DNA from: Nemertoderma westbladi
Taxonomy: Eukaryota; Animalia; Xenacoelomorpha
Length of the DNA: 64,000 nt
Reading direction: 5' to 3'
NCBI GenBank assembly: GCA_032718475.1
Contig: JAUCBJ010001497.1
Span: 385 to 64,384 of the forward strand
Numbering within the stretch: position 1 is the first letter of the stretch; the number at the start of each line of letters is the position of its first letter. Made by a program: the position numbers and the translations under genes. Positions 36,661 through 50,439 of the stretch are shown in pieces. The notes beneath the pieces were generated by a model that was not told the origin of the DNA, ran no database searches, and was given only the letters and a program-made list of their open reading frames with translations.

Positions 36661-37530
36661 GAGTTTATCCATCATATCATAAGTCGTTACAAATTAACTC
36701 ATTATTTCCATTATTATCCCTGCCTGTCCGTGTTAATCATTATAGACTTAATGAATAGGAAATAATAATAGACTTTGTTATAGGGGGATTAGTGTCCGCT
36801 ATACAAGGGACAAGATGGGCCTAGCTATACCACAACTACCCCAACAATACATTGACTTAAAGTAGTTTTTATGGCATATTTATCCAGTGCTACTTGCTTG
36901 CGTGTTGTGTGACACAACCTAAGACTCGAGCATATAAACAATAAAGGGAAATTTTATCACATCAACCAAACAAAGAGGGTTTTATTTCGCAAACATGATC
37001 AATATTATAAGCATCATGGACTAAACCTAAAGGGAAATTCCTACTATCTCAATCCTATCCAGGGGATTTTAGGGGACAACTGAAGGAACTCTCCTGACTT
37101 AAATTACACCACCTGCTCTTAGTATATGGGGAACTCTGCTGTGTAAGGCCCAAACTTTCCACACAAATGATATTCACTTTATTCATGATTTATAGTAGCG
37201 CTACCTACCCAGCCCAGCCCTGATGCATAGAAATTTACATAGACAAAACAATGTGCGACCATAACTCCTCCTGTTGTTATAGTCCTCGACAACGTTGTGT
37301 TACTTAATAACTGTTAGTATAATGACATCGCAATGAATCGGTCTCTCTTATAACAGTTACATTGGTGCTAAGGGTGCCTAACGTACAACCTAATGTAACA
37401 CGACGTGGTCTGTAACCCGATCTTCTGTAAATTGATCTCTTGTAACAATTCTGAAACCTGGTATTCTGTAAATTTATCTTCTGTAACTGTAACCAGATCT
37501 TCTGCAATCTGAACTTCTGTAACTCTATAT

Positions 37531-38400
37531 TTGAAGGGGGTAACCCCCCCCCCCCCCCCCATACGTTTTTTTCTTATTTTGTACATGTCTCCAATGTGGT
37601 TAAAAAATGTGTAGAAAACGATATACCAGCGAAAAGAGAATCATCAAAAGTACATAAATATTAGAAATACAATTTTTGGCGCCCCCTTGCGGCCTGCGTG
37701 AGATTGAAAAATTTCGCTAAGAAGACTAACTCCTCCGTTATTTCCCATTTTTATTTTCCGATACCACATTTTTTGGAACCAGCATGTTCATTTTCATAAT
37801 ATTTTTTTCACGCTCTGTTTGTGTTTTCGTTTTCTATTTCTGATAATTGGCAATTTTGTAAAAAAAATAGGGAACAGAACTAAAAATAACCATGTTTTCT
37901 TAATTTTTCATTCAAAAATGGGAAGATATTATTAAATTAAGAAAATTGCGTGAAATTACTTTTCATATAAAGCAAAAATTGCAAAAAACGGTTAAGAAAT
38001 GAAGGAGAAGTAGTATTTTTCGTGCGGAAAAATGTCATTCTGAGATAATCACCATCAAAGTTCAAACCTTCCCGCGCAAAACTGCCTGTATGGGGTCTGG
38101 TTGGTTAACAGTGTCCGACACCGACATGAAGGAAACACACCACCGAGCTAAAATTATATTTATTGGGGTTTTCGGGGTCGTTGATTCCATTTTCAATGTC
38201 AGTTTTATTATTTGGTGCAATCTGTCCGTCTGTCGGTTGTCTTACAGACAGATTGGCAGACAGATATTCAACGATAACTCGAGAACTATAATAAATCTCT
38301 CTAAACCATTTTGATATTTGAAATCGCCATTAAATTCTGCTCTAGAATGAAAAAAAAATTTCTAAAATTTTTAGCGAGGGTGGAGTGCTACCCCCCTTAA
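37531..38400. mobile_element. Putative non-autonomous DNA transposon (Kolobok-like termini)
   Basis: TTGAAGGGGGTA ... TACCCCCCTTAA imperfect inverted ends. It interrupts a CTTCTGTAA-repeat tract present on both sides. Confidence 0.4.
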
Positions 38401-39519
38401 AAGCCAACCTTCTGTAATCTGACCTTCTGTGCCTTCTGGCCTTCTCTCTCCTACCTACCTACCCAGTTGAGTCTGCGTATATTCATTTATTATTACAGCA
38501 CTCCCACAATACCAACACAGGTGAATTACATCGCGAAATTGTGTAAGTATAAGCTCAAGTGGTTTGTTTATTGTATTTTTGTTTATATCGGTAAGCAAAC
38601 CACCAAGCACAGGATTTTATATTTTAACACGAACGTGTTAGTATGAGTGGATTGATGGAGGTGAGTTGGAAAGATGCAGGAGACCAGTTGGAAAGCCGAA
38701 GCTTGATAGCTTGATAACCTTAGCCGTCTTTCTGAATCTTTATTGTCAGTAAGCAGTAACCGTATAGCTTAGTTTATATCTAATCACTGCACTACTGCAC
38801 GCAAGATTATGCATGAGATCCCTGTAGGTATACATATCAAATATTAGAGCAAGCCCACCCCTTCCCCCCTAAACCTATGACTTAGAAATACGGACGTGGG
38901 AGTGAGAGCCAAGAGGATAATGTAAATTACCCCAACATCGATGCGCCTATAATCCGGTAATGATGCAACAATTATTCCGGATGCGCAGAGAACTACAATG
39001 ACCCAATGAAATATAGGTTTATTTTTTGGGCAGCGAATTCAGTGGGAAATGCCCAACTCCCACGCAAGTGCGTCATAGCTTTTTGTCCGTCCCTTCATGT
39101 GGTATTATTTAATTTAGGCGTCAGGTGTTGCTTAACTCAAATTATCATTATGATTTATTATAATTAACATTATGATGGATATCATTATTATTATCATCAT
39201 TCATGATATAAAAAATTGTATGTTAAATACTGCATGTTAAAACCATATATAAAAAATATAACACAATGATTTGACTTTATAGTCAAATCGTAATGGTAGT
39301 TCGAGATTAAAGCCACCACTTTAAAATAAGTTGAGCAAATAAGTTTACTCTATTGCCGCTCCGCGGACAAAAGCAGACACTTCTCCTGCGCTATCTGTAA
39401 TGACAAGTAACTATTATGGCTTTACGATTTTAAAATTTTAATGTTCATTTTAACATAATAATAATATCACCATGAGTGAATTAATATAAAGCCCTTAGGG
39501 TGCCACATGGCTTTTATGC

Positions 39520-40780
39520 AATCAAATTCGTATTAAAATCCTCATCTTTCGAAATTGTGGTAATGCAATTGTTTGAATTCAATGAAATTGTTGGCTTGGC
39601 CCAAGTGAAGCTGCCTTTTACTTCAATAAACGTCACTTAATGAATGGCTTATCTTGTTATTACTCTATTGCTAATGGAATGGAGTCAAAACCTAGAGTAA
39701 GAGGTGAGGGCGGAGTGGCTATGCTAATTAAAGATTGCCTTATTAGTAACATTAGCTGGATCAAAACTAATTCAGATCGTATTGTTGCAGTCAATATCAA
39801 GGGAATGTTTCGCAAAAATATTACAGTGATTGGGACGGGACCTACGGACGGGACGGGACGGGGGACGGGACGGGGGACGGGACGGGGGACGGGACGGGAC
39901 GGGGGACGGGACGGGACGGGACCTACGGACGGGACGGGACGGGAGACGGGGGACGGGGCCTTCAGCATGTGGTAATGAAGAAGATAAGACTAAATACCTG
40001 AAGACGTGCGCCTCACACTCAGTTCTTCACCGTGATTCTACAGATGCAGGGGCTAAAACTATAATAGAAGGTGACATTAATTGCGATATTTCCGCAGGAA
40101 GAAATCCTCAGTTACCAAAAGTAAGACATATTGATTCCTTGACTTAGAGACAACCGGGGAATCTTCGCTCACAACTAGTCCAAAGACGTCACATCGTTTC
40201 AGAGCAAAAGAAGGTATTATTATCCGAACTTCTCTTATAGATCATATACTAACCTCTCAAACTCTCTTGGCATACCTCAACTCAAATCTATTTTACTTTC
40301 AGTAATAAGAATTCATCAGACCATACCACCGTTTTTTCACATTTTACACTCAAGGCAGACGGATCGAATAATTCGGATCGAATAACGCAAATGCAAATAT
40401 TTGGAGTAAAAGCAAGCATCCTATCTACCAGTTCAACATGGCTACCAAAGAGCAACTAGAAAACTATCAGCTAGAACTCTCATTAAACCTGACCACCAGT
40501 TGTGCAGCTTCAAAACTTATTGACACTAAAACAAATGCTGCTCGAAAGTTTGTACATACCAAAGATTAACCCAAGGAAACATAGGCTTCATCCACCAAAC
40601 ATGGTTGCGCAAATACGGGATTAAATCGGCTTAGGGAAGTTGAATATTGCACAACCAATAATGCCTAGATTAGAATCAATGATTGCACACTTCAATTATA
40701 GAAGGAAAAATCACTATCTAAGAGGAAAATACAAAATAACTAGCTGCAAACTGCCGATCTAATCAAATCAACCAAAATTT
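39520..40780 (+). pseudogene. Decayed LINE APE endonuclease fragment interrupted by a (GGGAC)n-type repeat at 39832-39960
   Basis: RGEGGVAML...SDRIVAV, IIEGDINCD, IDHIL- and SDH-like remnants. Confidence 0.65.
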
Positions 40781-40929
40781 GGGTCTTGGACGTCAATTAA
40801 AGGTTGAAAGAAGAATAAAGATACCAGATACCTTTGTTTTCTATTACGTAGGTATATATATACACATATATATGTTTATTGACCCTAAGTTTGATTAAAT
40901 GGCAGATAATTAAGCAAGCAGAAATTTAA

Positions 40930-41990
40930 TTTACTTTTACAAATTGACTCTCCCGTAACTTGAATGAGATCGGACATTCTCGCAACACATAATTCTGTTT
41001 GTAACGATTTATTGTCGCAACCACAGACTCTTTGATCACTAGGGGTCCTTCACCCCCTACCCGTCTAAGCTATGGGAGATGACCCTAATTCTCGTAAACC
41101 ATACATGTACTGTATGTAATCAGGTACACTCTTTGATCACTAGGGGTCCTTGACCCCTTGCCCGTCTCTATTCTTAAGCTATGGGAGATTACCCTAATTC
41201 TCGTAAACCATACACTTATGTTGTAATCAGGTAGAAATGGTTTCGAAATACGATATACAGGGTGAGGCACTAAATCCTTATTGATGTCCGTTCGATAAGT
41301 AACAAACTTGGTTGCAGTATCAGGCTTGCTATTTATCCTATTGCGTACTTCCCTATTGCGTACTTCCCTATTGCGTACTTCAATAAGTTTGTTTACATTT
41401 TGTTGCCCATTATTTGCTTCCATTAATAACCGGTATCCAGGCGTATTTGCTTGCCTGCCTACATAACTCAAAAACCTGTGTAAATGGGAGTTCAGTATCC
41501 TGATTTATCAACATCTTACTTATAAATCTTTTCCTAGCACGTGAAATTAAGTACTTCATGGGTGGTGCTCCTACTTCTACCAAACAAATATCCGTGGGGG
41601 TTTGAGCCCTAACACCAAGAATACTTTTCACCATCCTGGTATAATATTGTTCTATTAGACTGGTGTCACTCGTTAACCATTTCTGATCCATATATACGAG
41701 GCCAAATAATCCTGCAGCATCAAATTTTTTAATTGCAAAAGGTAGACTTGTGTTTGTGCTCGTAAAAATGTTAAATTTATTGACAGTTTCTCCACACTTA
41801 AGCCGGTGATGCTTAAGAGTACACTGAACCTTCCCATCAACACAAAATGGTACTCCCAAATATACATAAACCGCACAATAATTTACAACTAAATTATTAA
41901 TAGTCAATGGCGCCTAGACTAACCTAGACTAGGGTTAATAACAAAAAATTTAGTGTTTTTTTTATTAATTCCCAATTCACATTACCGGCA
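40930..41990 (-). mobile_element. Decayed 3' fragment of a LINE related to the element at 53.4-57.8 kb
   Basis: YVYLGVPF..DG, FDAA, ILGVRAQTPTDICLVEVG and TRIRVISHSLRIETG parallel the C-terminus of ORF 54494-57427. Confidence 0.75.
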
Positions 41991-42303
41991 AGGTACAGGC
42001 GCCATTAGGTCATACTATCATCTTATCAGAACGCCTGCTTTACTTTTCCCCCAGCAAAGCCATTATACCGCTGGGTTGGACAAAGCACTAAAGTCTAAAT
42101 CCTCTAAATTCCTTAAGGACACATCAGTGCGAAATTTATACAGCCTTTAGTAGGATTTGAACCTGCGGCGCTAAACACTATTGTCAAAGCGGTTCAGGCG
42201 CTGTACCGTATTCACTCGGACACTGGGACACTGGGACACTCGGACACTGGGCCACTCGGACACTATTGGAACTATAATATGTTAGAAATAAAAATATACT
42301 TAC

Positions 42304-42486
42304 AAGTTCTTCTATAAATTCTTCCAATTGCCTTATCAATGTCGATGTTAACCCGTCCAGAGAATTCAGCAGCTGTATAGGCGTTTGTACGATGTAATCT
42401 TCTGGTTCATCCACTTGTCGTCGCACCACAAAAGATTGCGCTTGTAACACAATAAGGAGTGCTGCTACCACAGCCAAGTGCGCCAT
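42304..42486 (-). CDS. Coding exon 1 of cytokine-like gene (signal peptide and helix A)
   Basis: Acceptor TTTTGCTTCAG upstream of 42494, ATG at 42486, donor GTAAGT; 183 nt, phase 0; MAHLAVVAALLIVLQAQS|FVVRR...LEEFIEEL. Confidence 0.8.
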
Positions 42487-43470
42487 TTGTCTTCCTGAAG
42501 CAAAATATATTGTCAACATTGTATCAGAAGCGAACGATACACAGTCGGAAAAGTATAAAAATGAGAATTGAAAAAAGAAAAAAAAAAGAAAAATTTATAT
42601 TTATGCTTTAATATATTTAAAATAACAGTTTATTATATTTATTAAAATCAAAATTTATCAAAATGCGAATGTGCTTGAGCCTTGGTCTAATCGAAAACGT
42701 TAACTTTATTTAGAAAGGTTTGGGAACTTTAGAGTTTCGACCATTAGTGTAAACAATCAATCGATTTACATAAAACACATACATCAGAATCTTCTTATTG
42801 TATATCGGTAATCCATCATTGCGAAATGAATATAACAATGATGGACGGACCCTTTTATAAGTTGACAATCATTACAAATAGGACCAACCAGCTGGTGTAG
42901 AGTGAGTATTGTATCATTGCATTCGAGGGGTTGGGATTAGTGATAAAATTTAATTCCACAAAAGAAAATTATTGATATTAGGCATGTGAACAAACGTCCT
43001 TCAACAATCAATCTCTCAACAAAATTTCAAACAGTGATAAGATCTTTAAGTCAAACCAGTTACCTACCATATACAATCTTAGTAGTTTAGGTCTCATATT
43101 TGATATATTTTTTATCGACTTATCGCGATACTTTCATTATCTTCAACAGTAGAGTTCGTTTCAGAACGGAATAATATACTTTTCATAGTGTAATTGGCAT
43201 TTAACTTTTAATCTGCCCTGTATTCCGGTCAATGACTTCCTTGAGACGCCTCTTGAAAAGGACACTGGCCTTGAAGATGCGGATAATGCAATTTTGTCGA
43301 TAAGCCGGCGTAGAATTCATTAACTAACCCGAACCTAATCTAACAAACTAATAGCTATTAATTGTACAATTTATCTTTTGTGTTGTAAACATTGTTTTTA
43401 AATCTGGACATACTACTACTACTTAACATTCATGAACATAATTTTTACTCAATATTGTGCATATATTGTG

Positions 43471-43506
<36 letters not shown>

Positions 43507-43597
43507 ATTTATTTGATATACAACAATAAAAAATTATTTACCAATAAACTAATACACAATTACATGAAATGAAATAAATAAGAATAAATTAAATTAA

Positions 43598-43666
43598 ATG
43601 TATGTATGTATGTGTGTATGTATGTATGTATGTATGTATGTATGTATGTATGTATGTATGTATGTA
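43598..43666. repeat. (ATGT)n microsatellite; an (AT)n tract lies at ~43473-43505
   Basis: Direct reading. Confidence 0.9.
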
Positions 43667-45533
43667 CATCAACGGTTTTGCATGGTTATTGTACCGGTAC
43701 TATGGAGTACAAAGAATGCGGAATATTGCCTTTTTACCATTAGACTATTTACAAACCCCAGACGGAATAGATTCAGATGTATACAAATAGTTGTCAGACT
43801 AAGTCTGTAAAACAACTTCTGCTAGGCAAAGGCCATGTTTCTATGACTAATATGAACATAGACAATAGGCATAGACCTCATTTGGCTCCGTTCTAACTTG
43901 GTAGTTCAGTAACCTATGATAAGACGAACCTACCACACCCGGATTGCTTTCCAGATCTTTTATTTCTTATATTTAAATGTTGCTACAGGTATAAGGACTT
44001 GGGGTGATGTTTTGACCCCATCCCCACCCATAATTAACGAAAAAATAATTATTTATTTAATTACCTGGGAAATATATAACTTTTTTTCACTATTCTCGAG
44101 GCATTTTATTTACCGAGCGTCAGCGAGGTTAATAAAGGGTCGAGAGAATATTGAAAAAATGTATATTGTATATATAGTGTTACAAAATATATTGAACTGC
44201 AGTATTTTACTATATTGCTTCCATAGTTACTGCAATTCAAATTACTGTACTCATCGACTCCTGATGTTGCCTTACTCAATGTTAAATAATTTAGATTTTC
44301 TAAAAAATATTTAAATTTACTTTTTACGCCGGGAAAAAAATTAAAACCAATGCAATCCTATGGGTTACTTTTTCTCCCGATTTTGGAATCTTAATATTAA
44401 ATAATAAGAATATAAATTTTTATAATTTAATTTTCACGAAATTTCAAGACTTGTCATTAATCTGCTAATTTTCTTCAAAGGTTTTACGAATGCTAATTCG
44501 GATTGCGTCGAAAGTTCCCCCCTCCCCCTATCTGCCATTTTGACCCATCCATAAACCGTGGGTTAAATAGGCTTAGGGGCATAGCTGTAGAGAAGAACTC
44601 TATAGAGTTTTTTTTATTGAGGGTCTACGTGCAAAAACATGCAAGGCCTATCGAATTAATAATTTACATTTAGTGCGGCCGCGATCTATAATTTCTCACG
44701 AAACAGATACGGTAGCCTTAATCTAATGAATGGCGATAAAACTAAACTAAACTCACTTCTGAAAGGATTGATTTTTAAAATGATGTTGTTCGATAGACTG
44801 ACAGCTTTCTTCCTATCTTCCTTTTCCTTCTAGTCGGATTCTGCGAACACGAATTCTGATGTCACTGATGGGATTCCAACGAATTAAATTTACAATATTT
44901 GAAAATATGATTAAATATTTAACTTGAAAAATGTAATCTGGATAAAAGGCAAAGATTACATAAATAAATTTGTAAACTTCTAAATTTATATCCAAAGGAT
45001 CTTCCATTTTGTAGGAATCTACCCAACTCCCACGCAAATGAATATCACCAATCACGGCTTGGCAAGCTATGACAGTAAACCAATGGGCATGTTCGCTTCC
45101 CAGCCCTCACAGCTGTGCTATCCTTGAGCTTCGAGTGATACTTACTTGTGACATCACAAGGGAAATTTGATTAACCCATTGTACATGCAAGGATGTGAAT
45201 AACTTACTTTGTAGGCTTACCTTATGCTACCTACAAAAAGTTTCCCAGTAGACACCCAGTAGTGTTTGTCTGACAAAAATAAATTAACTGCTTCCCGGCC
45301 AGACTTATTTCGTGTCTATGTATGTAGTTATCTTAATAAGAGTAAAAAATTACAATACAAATTTGTTATACATCTATAATCATGTTTTCTTATATTTTTA
45401 CTTGGAAATTTTCAGAATTTATAAATTTTAGCTGGGAAGGCGGTTCACTCAAAGACCACACTCAATGGTGTATGTCGTACGTGTCCATGGTTGGTTTGCC
45501 TACTATAACAGTATATACCACCATGAAGTATTT

Positions 45534-45583
45534 AGTACTCTGCGTTGATACCACTGCTTAAGCAGTGGTATCAACGCAGAGTA
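45534..45583. other. Library artefact: head-to-head SMART / PacBio amplification adapter dimer
   Basis: Reverse complement of AAGCAGTGGTATCAACGCAGAGTACT (45534-45559) immediately followed by AAGCAGTGGTATCAACGCAGAGTA (45560-45583). Confidence 0.97.
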
Positions 45584-46886
45584 TATTTCATTAGTTAAAC
45601 GATTTAAAAAGTACCCTTTTTTTGTAAAAACGAACCGCCCTTATATAATCCCGGGTACGGGCCTGTAAACTAGAACTGTAAAAACAAATTATATCTATTA
45701 GCTATCTATATTTCTAATTTCATTGGGGAGGGGGGGGGGGGTTAACATAATTCAAGATATGAGAGGATTGTGTGTACGGTATTTATAAAAATTCCCCCCC
45801 CCCCCCCCCCCTTCATAAATTCCTAGATCCGCCACTGGCTGGGCCATGCCCTGTACCCATGCTGCCAGGTGAAGATCGCAGTGGAGTGCACTCAAATTGG
45901 AGATGAGAGCACTCTACTCCTGTCCAGCCATTGGCCATATACCCTTGCAGCCGCGTATAGGGGGGGGGTCCTTAACCCAGGAGCAAGGGCATAACTGTCC
46001 CAGTACGAAGGGGTTATGAAGGGGGGACGATTTGTTACACGTTACAGGACCAGATTATGCCCTTAGTAAGAGGGTCTATGCACACAGGTGGCCAGGCACC
46101 ATGGAGGTGGCAAGTTTTCTGAATCAATGACTAAGAATACTGAAACTAAAACTAAAACTCTGTGGCCAAAAATTTGACTAAATAAGATAATATCAGCCTA
46201 AAAGATGTGTTGGGCTCTTGAATACACGACAAGAGCGCGAGCGGTGGGATTGTCGCTTCCAATATTCCAATTCTCAAAAAGTTAAAACTAATCTCTATCC
46301 TCTTCTTCATACAAACAATATGTTATTTAGTATTACCTAATCCTGGAGTTCAGACACATTCACTGCCCAGATGGTGACCGGTCAGCTGTAATGTCTCTCA
46401 TAGAGTGTTTCGAAATTACAACGCGCAACAGTTCTAATTCTGTCCTCATATAAAATTGGCAATTCGGTTTTATCTGTTGGCAGTATCTGTTGATATGGCA
46501 GTCTCCTCTCTGCTCTCCTTGTCGGTTTGTTTAATAACAGTATGGGTTTACCAGATCTACTCGGTCAATTATGTTCTGAATTATTCTGAAAGTATTAGAG
46601 TCTCAATTAATCACGTCCAATAGGATCTTCGTAATGTTGCAAGATATATAATGAGCAAATAACATCAACAGTTCTAAATTAACATATATAATACAGTTTG
46701 TTGTACATTTTAAATGTTCATATTTCACGGTGGCTGGAATGCCAGCTCTGTGGTTTGCCTCTGTTGTTTCCTGTTTCATTTTCATTTATCAATTTACTTT
46801 ACTTATGAATTTCTGTAATTTAAACATCTTAGTTGATAATATGCGGTACAAAGTGAACGATATCTGGTTGTATGGCAATATAACTG

Positions 46887-48149
46887 TCAAATCGAACTGA
46901 TACCATATTCATCCTCCATCATCTTCATATATGCCGCTACAGCTGCCTTGCGGTACACACCCATAGCCATACTAGAGTCTTTGTGCTTAGCTGTCAGTTC
47001 CATTAACATTCGATCAATTCTATTTTCATCATCACACAAATATATAAAACACTTTACTTTATTCGCGTTTGTTTTAATTGAATTTTTATCTAAGCAGTCG
47101 GAATTTATTCGCTTTTTAGTTTCTCTAAATACTTTTAATTCTCTCTCCATTCTCTCAAAACCAAATATTTCTATTTTATCCCAAAGTGTTTTATTGAAGT
47201 GTTTGTAAAGTTTCCAATCTCCGATATTTATATTTCTGAGTTTTTCTGTATCAAAAATATCCAGTTTTTGATTTTGCACACCTTTACTCCTATAAACGAC
47301 GTCTTCAAATTCCCAACACATTAAATCTTTCAACAAAATCATCGATTCGTCAAAATATTCCAATAAAATCACCAAATCAAATTCCTCATCAATCTCTTTT
47401 ATAATATCATCATAATCACTATCATTGGGTGAATTTACATTATAGCCGAATTCGTATAACAAAGGATTTAAAAACGACCTATAATTGAGCATAGTGCCAT
47501 TTGGATTACTAATGAAATATTCATAAATATCTTTTGTAGTATTGAGTGCTAACTCATTTGCGTCACGAAAATTTGAATATGGAGCATAATAAGTCATGTA
47601 GGATTTGATGACATTTGAAGGGTCACGAATTCCAACAATATACATGGTATCTGGTGGCATCAACTTTTTTACATCAATGTTAAATTTTCCGTGTAGAAAT
47701 GAAACATTAGGATGTTGTGTGAACTGGTTTAAATGTTCGCCCCACCAGTAACTCCATTGCCGACCTCTACATTTCGCAAATGATTCTTCATCGGACAGAG
47801 CGGGTGTTAGATTGTGATTAATAGCGTGATTAATAATCACAGAAACTGTGGTACGGGACCCAGTTCGGTGGGTCTTCAAGTAAAAAACATTCATTTTCGT
47901 TTTGCAACTTCCATTCAATTGTGTCACATTTGTTTCATTCTCTTCCACAAAGTTTTGAGCCGTAGTATACATTTGCATTCCTACTGAACTATAAGATATA
48001 TTGTTGTCCAATTGTTTCACATACTTGTACACAAGTATAAGCATTGCTATAAGTATAAGCATAAAAGTGGATAAAGTTAATTTTCGAAAAGTCACATTAT
48101 TGAGGTACATGTTTCGTTCCATACACATAAATTCGAGCAATGGAATCAA
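46887..48149 (-). CDS. Galactose-3-O-sulfotransferase (Gal3ST/CST family), type II membrane protein, single coding exon
   Basis: 420 aa. N-terminal TM segment; FYLKTHRTGSRT (5'-PSB), IRDP (3'-PB), FDLVILLEYFDESMILLKDLMCW and DWKLYKHFNKTLW family motifs. Confidence 0.92.
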   Translation of the reverse strand: MIPLLEFMCMERNMYLNNVTFRKLTLSTFMLILIAMLILVYKYVKQLDNNISYSSVGMQMYTTAQNFVEENETNVTQLNGSCKTKMNVFYLKTHRTGSRTTVSVIINHAINHNLTPALSDEESFAKCRGRQWSYWWGEHLNQFTQHPNVSFLHGKFNIDVKKLMPPDTMYIVGIRDPSNVIKSYMTYYAPYSNFRDANELALNTTKDIYEYFISNPNGTMLNYRSFLNPLLYEFGYNVNSPNDSDYDDIIKEIDEEFDLVILLEYFDESMILLKDLMCWEFEDVVYRSKGVQNQKLDIFDTEKLRNINIGDWKLYKHFNKTLWDKIEIFGFERMERELKVFRETKKRINSDCLDKNSIKTNANKVKCFIYLCDDENRIDRMLMELTAKHKDSSMAMGVYRKAAVAAYMKMMEDEYGISSI

Positions 48150-48355
48150 TCATAAAGTATTATATGGTTTAAAATTCGAATGAAACTTAGAAATTTATTA
48201 TTTAATTTATTTAATTGTCAACAAACTAAATTGCAACTGAGACCAGATCAGTTGACAACAGTCATTTGATATGGCCTATACATTGTTGCTACCAGTAAGT
48301 ACACCTGTAGAACGGTGTGAATATTTAGGGCATATCTTTCATAGTTCAACTTGTG

Positions 48356-48731
48356 ACAATAACAATATGATAAACCAGTTACATTCACAATATCAATATG
48401 ATAAACCAGTTACATTCACAATATCAATATGATAAACCAGTTACATTCACAATAACAATGTGATAAACCAGTTACATTCACAATAACAATGTGATAAACC
48501 AGTTACATTCACAATAACAATGTGATAAACCAGTTACATTCACAATAACAATGTGATAAACCAGTTACATTCACAATAACAATGTGATAAACCAGTTACA
48601 TTCACAATAACAATGTGATAAACCAGTTACATTCACAATAACAATGTGATAAACCAGTTACATTCACAATAACAATGTGATAAACCAGTTACATTCACAA
48701 TAACAATATGATAAATCAGTTACATTCACAA
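48356..48731. repeat. 31-bp minisatellite
   Basis: Unit ACAATAACAATGTGATAAACCAGTTACATTC, ~12 copies. Confidence 0.93.
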
Positions 48732-49151
48732 AGTTTTTGCATAACAATTATATTGCAATTCGTTATGGTCTAACTAAACAGGTTGCTAGGAGTAGGTTGC
48801 TAGGAGTTTAGGTTGCTACAACAACCTAGACAGTTATTGGCTTTAAATACGACTGCAGTGTCTCTAATATGCTTGATGTTCTGAATAATATTCAGTATGA
48901 TACACAATTCCAAATTTACGCATTTCTCAATTTTTAATTTGGGTATTTCGACATTCATGCAAAATTCTGACTTTGTATATCAATAACAGAAAACAATAAT
49001 GGTCTGAGATTTTTAAATTTCGTTTGTGAATAAAGGGGGATAAATATATTACAAATATGAATTTGATTACATTAGTGTTGCAATAAGTTTGAAATATGTG
49101 TAAAGGACTGCAAAGTTATAACATTGAGTTATAGTATACAATCTGAAATAA

Positions 49152-50150
49152 AAATACTAACGGTATGCTAACTATAATACCAACTGAGGATATTAAATAC
49201 TAACGGTATGCTAACTATAATACCAACTGAGGATATTAAATACTAACGGTATGCTAACTATAATACCAACTGAGGATATTAAATACTAACGGTATGCTAA
49301 CTATTATACTAACTGAGGATATTAAATACTAACGGTATGCTAACTATAATACTAACTGAGGATATTAAATACTAACGGTATGCTAACTATAATACCAACT
49401 GAGGATATTAAATACTAACGGTATGCTAACTATAATACTAACTGAGGATATTAAATACTAACGGTATGCTAACTATAATACCAACTGAGGATATTAAATA
49501 CTAACGGTATGCTAACTATAATACCAACTGAGGATATTAAATACTAACGGTATGCTAACTATAATACCAACTGAGGATATTAAATACTAACGGTATGCTA
49601 ACTATAATACTAACTGAGGATATTAAATACTAACGGTATGCTAACTATAATACCAACTGAGGATATTAAATACTAACGGTATGCTAACTATAATACTAAC
49701 TGAGGATATTAAATACTAACGGTATGCTAACTATAATACCAACTGAGGATATTAAATACTAACGGTATGCTAACTATAATACTAACTGAGAATATTAAAT
49801 ACTAACGGTATGCTAACTATAATACCAACTGAGGATATTAAATACTAACGGTATGCTAACTATAATACCAACTGAGGATATTAAATACTAACGGTATGCT
49901 AACTATAATACTAACTGAGGATATTAAATACTAACGGTATGCTAACTATAATACCAACTGAGGATATTAAATACTAACGGTATGCTAACTATAATACTAA
50001 CTGAGGATATTAAATACTAACGGTATGCTAACTATAATACTAACTGAGGATATTAAATATTAACGGTATGCTAACTATAATACCAACTGAGGATATTAAA
50101 TACTAACGGTATGCTAACTATAATACTAACTGAGGATATTAAATACTAAC
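49152..50150. repeat. 43-bp minisatellite
   Basis: Unit AAATACTAACGGTATGCTAACTATAATAC(C/T)AACTGAGGATATT, ~23 copies. Confidence 0.95.
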
Positions 50151-50439
50151 TACTAATATTACTATGTAATGTTGACGATTTGGAAAAATTATTATTATTT
50201 ATTTTATTATAAAGTCTACAGAATTACAAATTTTATTTAGAGACTTTAGTTATAGTAAATAATAATATATATAATCTAATTATACATAACCAAATTATTA
50301 ACCCTCAACAAATGTACGTTGGCATGAAGTTAAGTATTTCCCATTACAAATTTTGGAACTTTTCCCAAATCTATAATAAATCTAACCCGCCCAAGACAAC
50401 AATAGTAGGAGTAGTCCTATTTGTCTTGCTGGTAATGGG

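Noticed and set aside
49152-50150. Hammerhead (CTGAGGA) or branch-point (TACTAAC) array in the 43-bp repeat
   Set aside because: No GAAA core or stems I/III, and no associated splice sites; treated as chance motifs.
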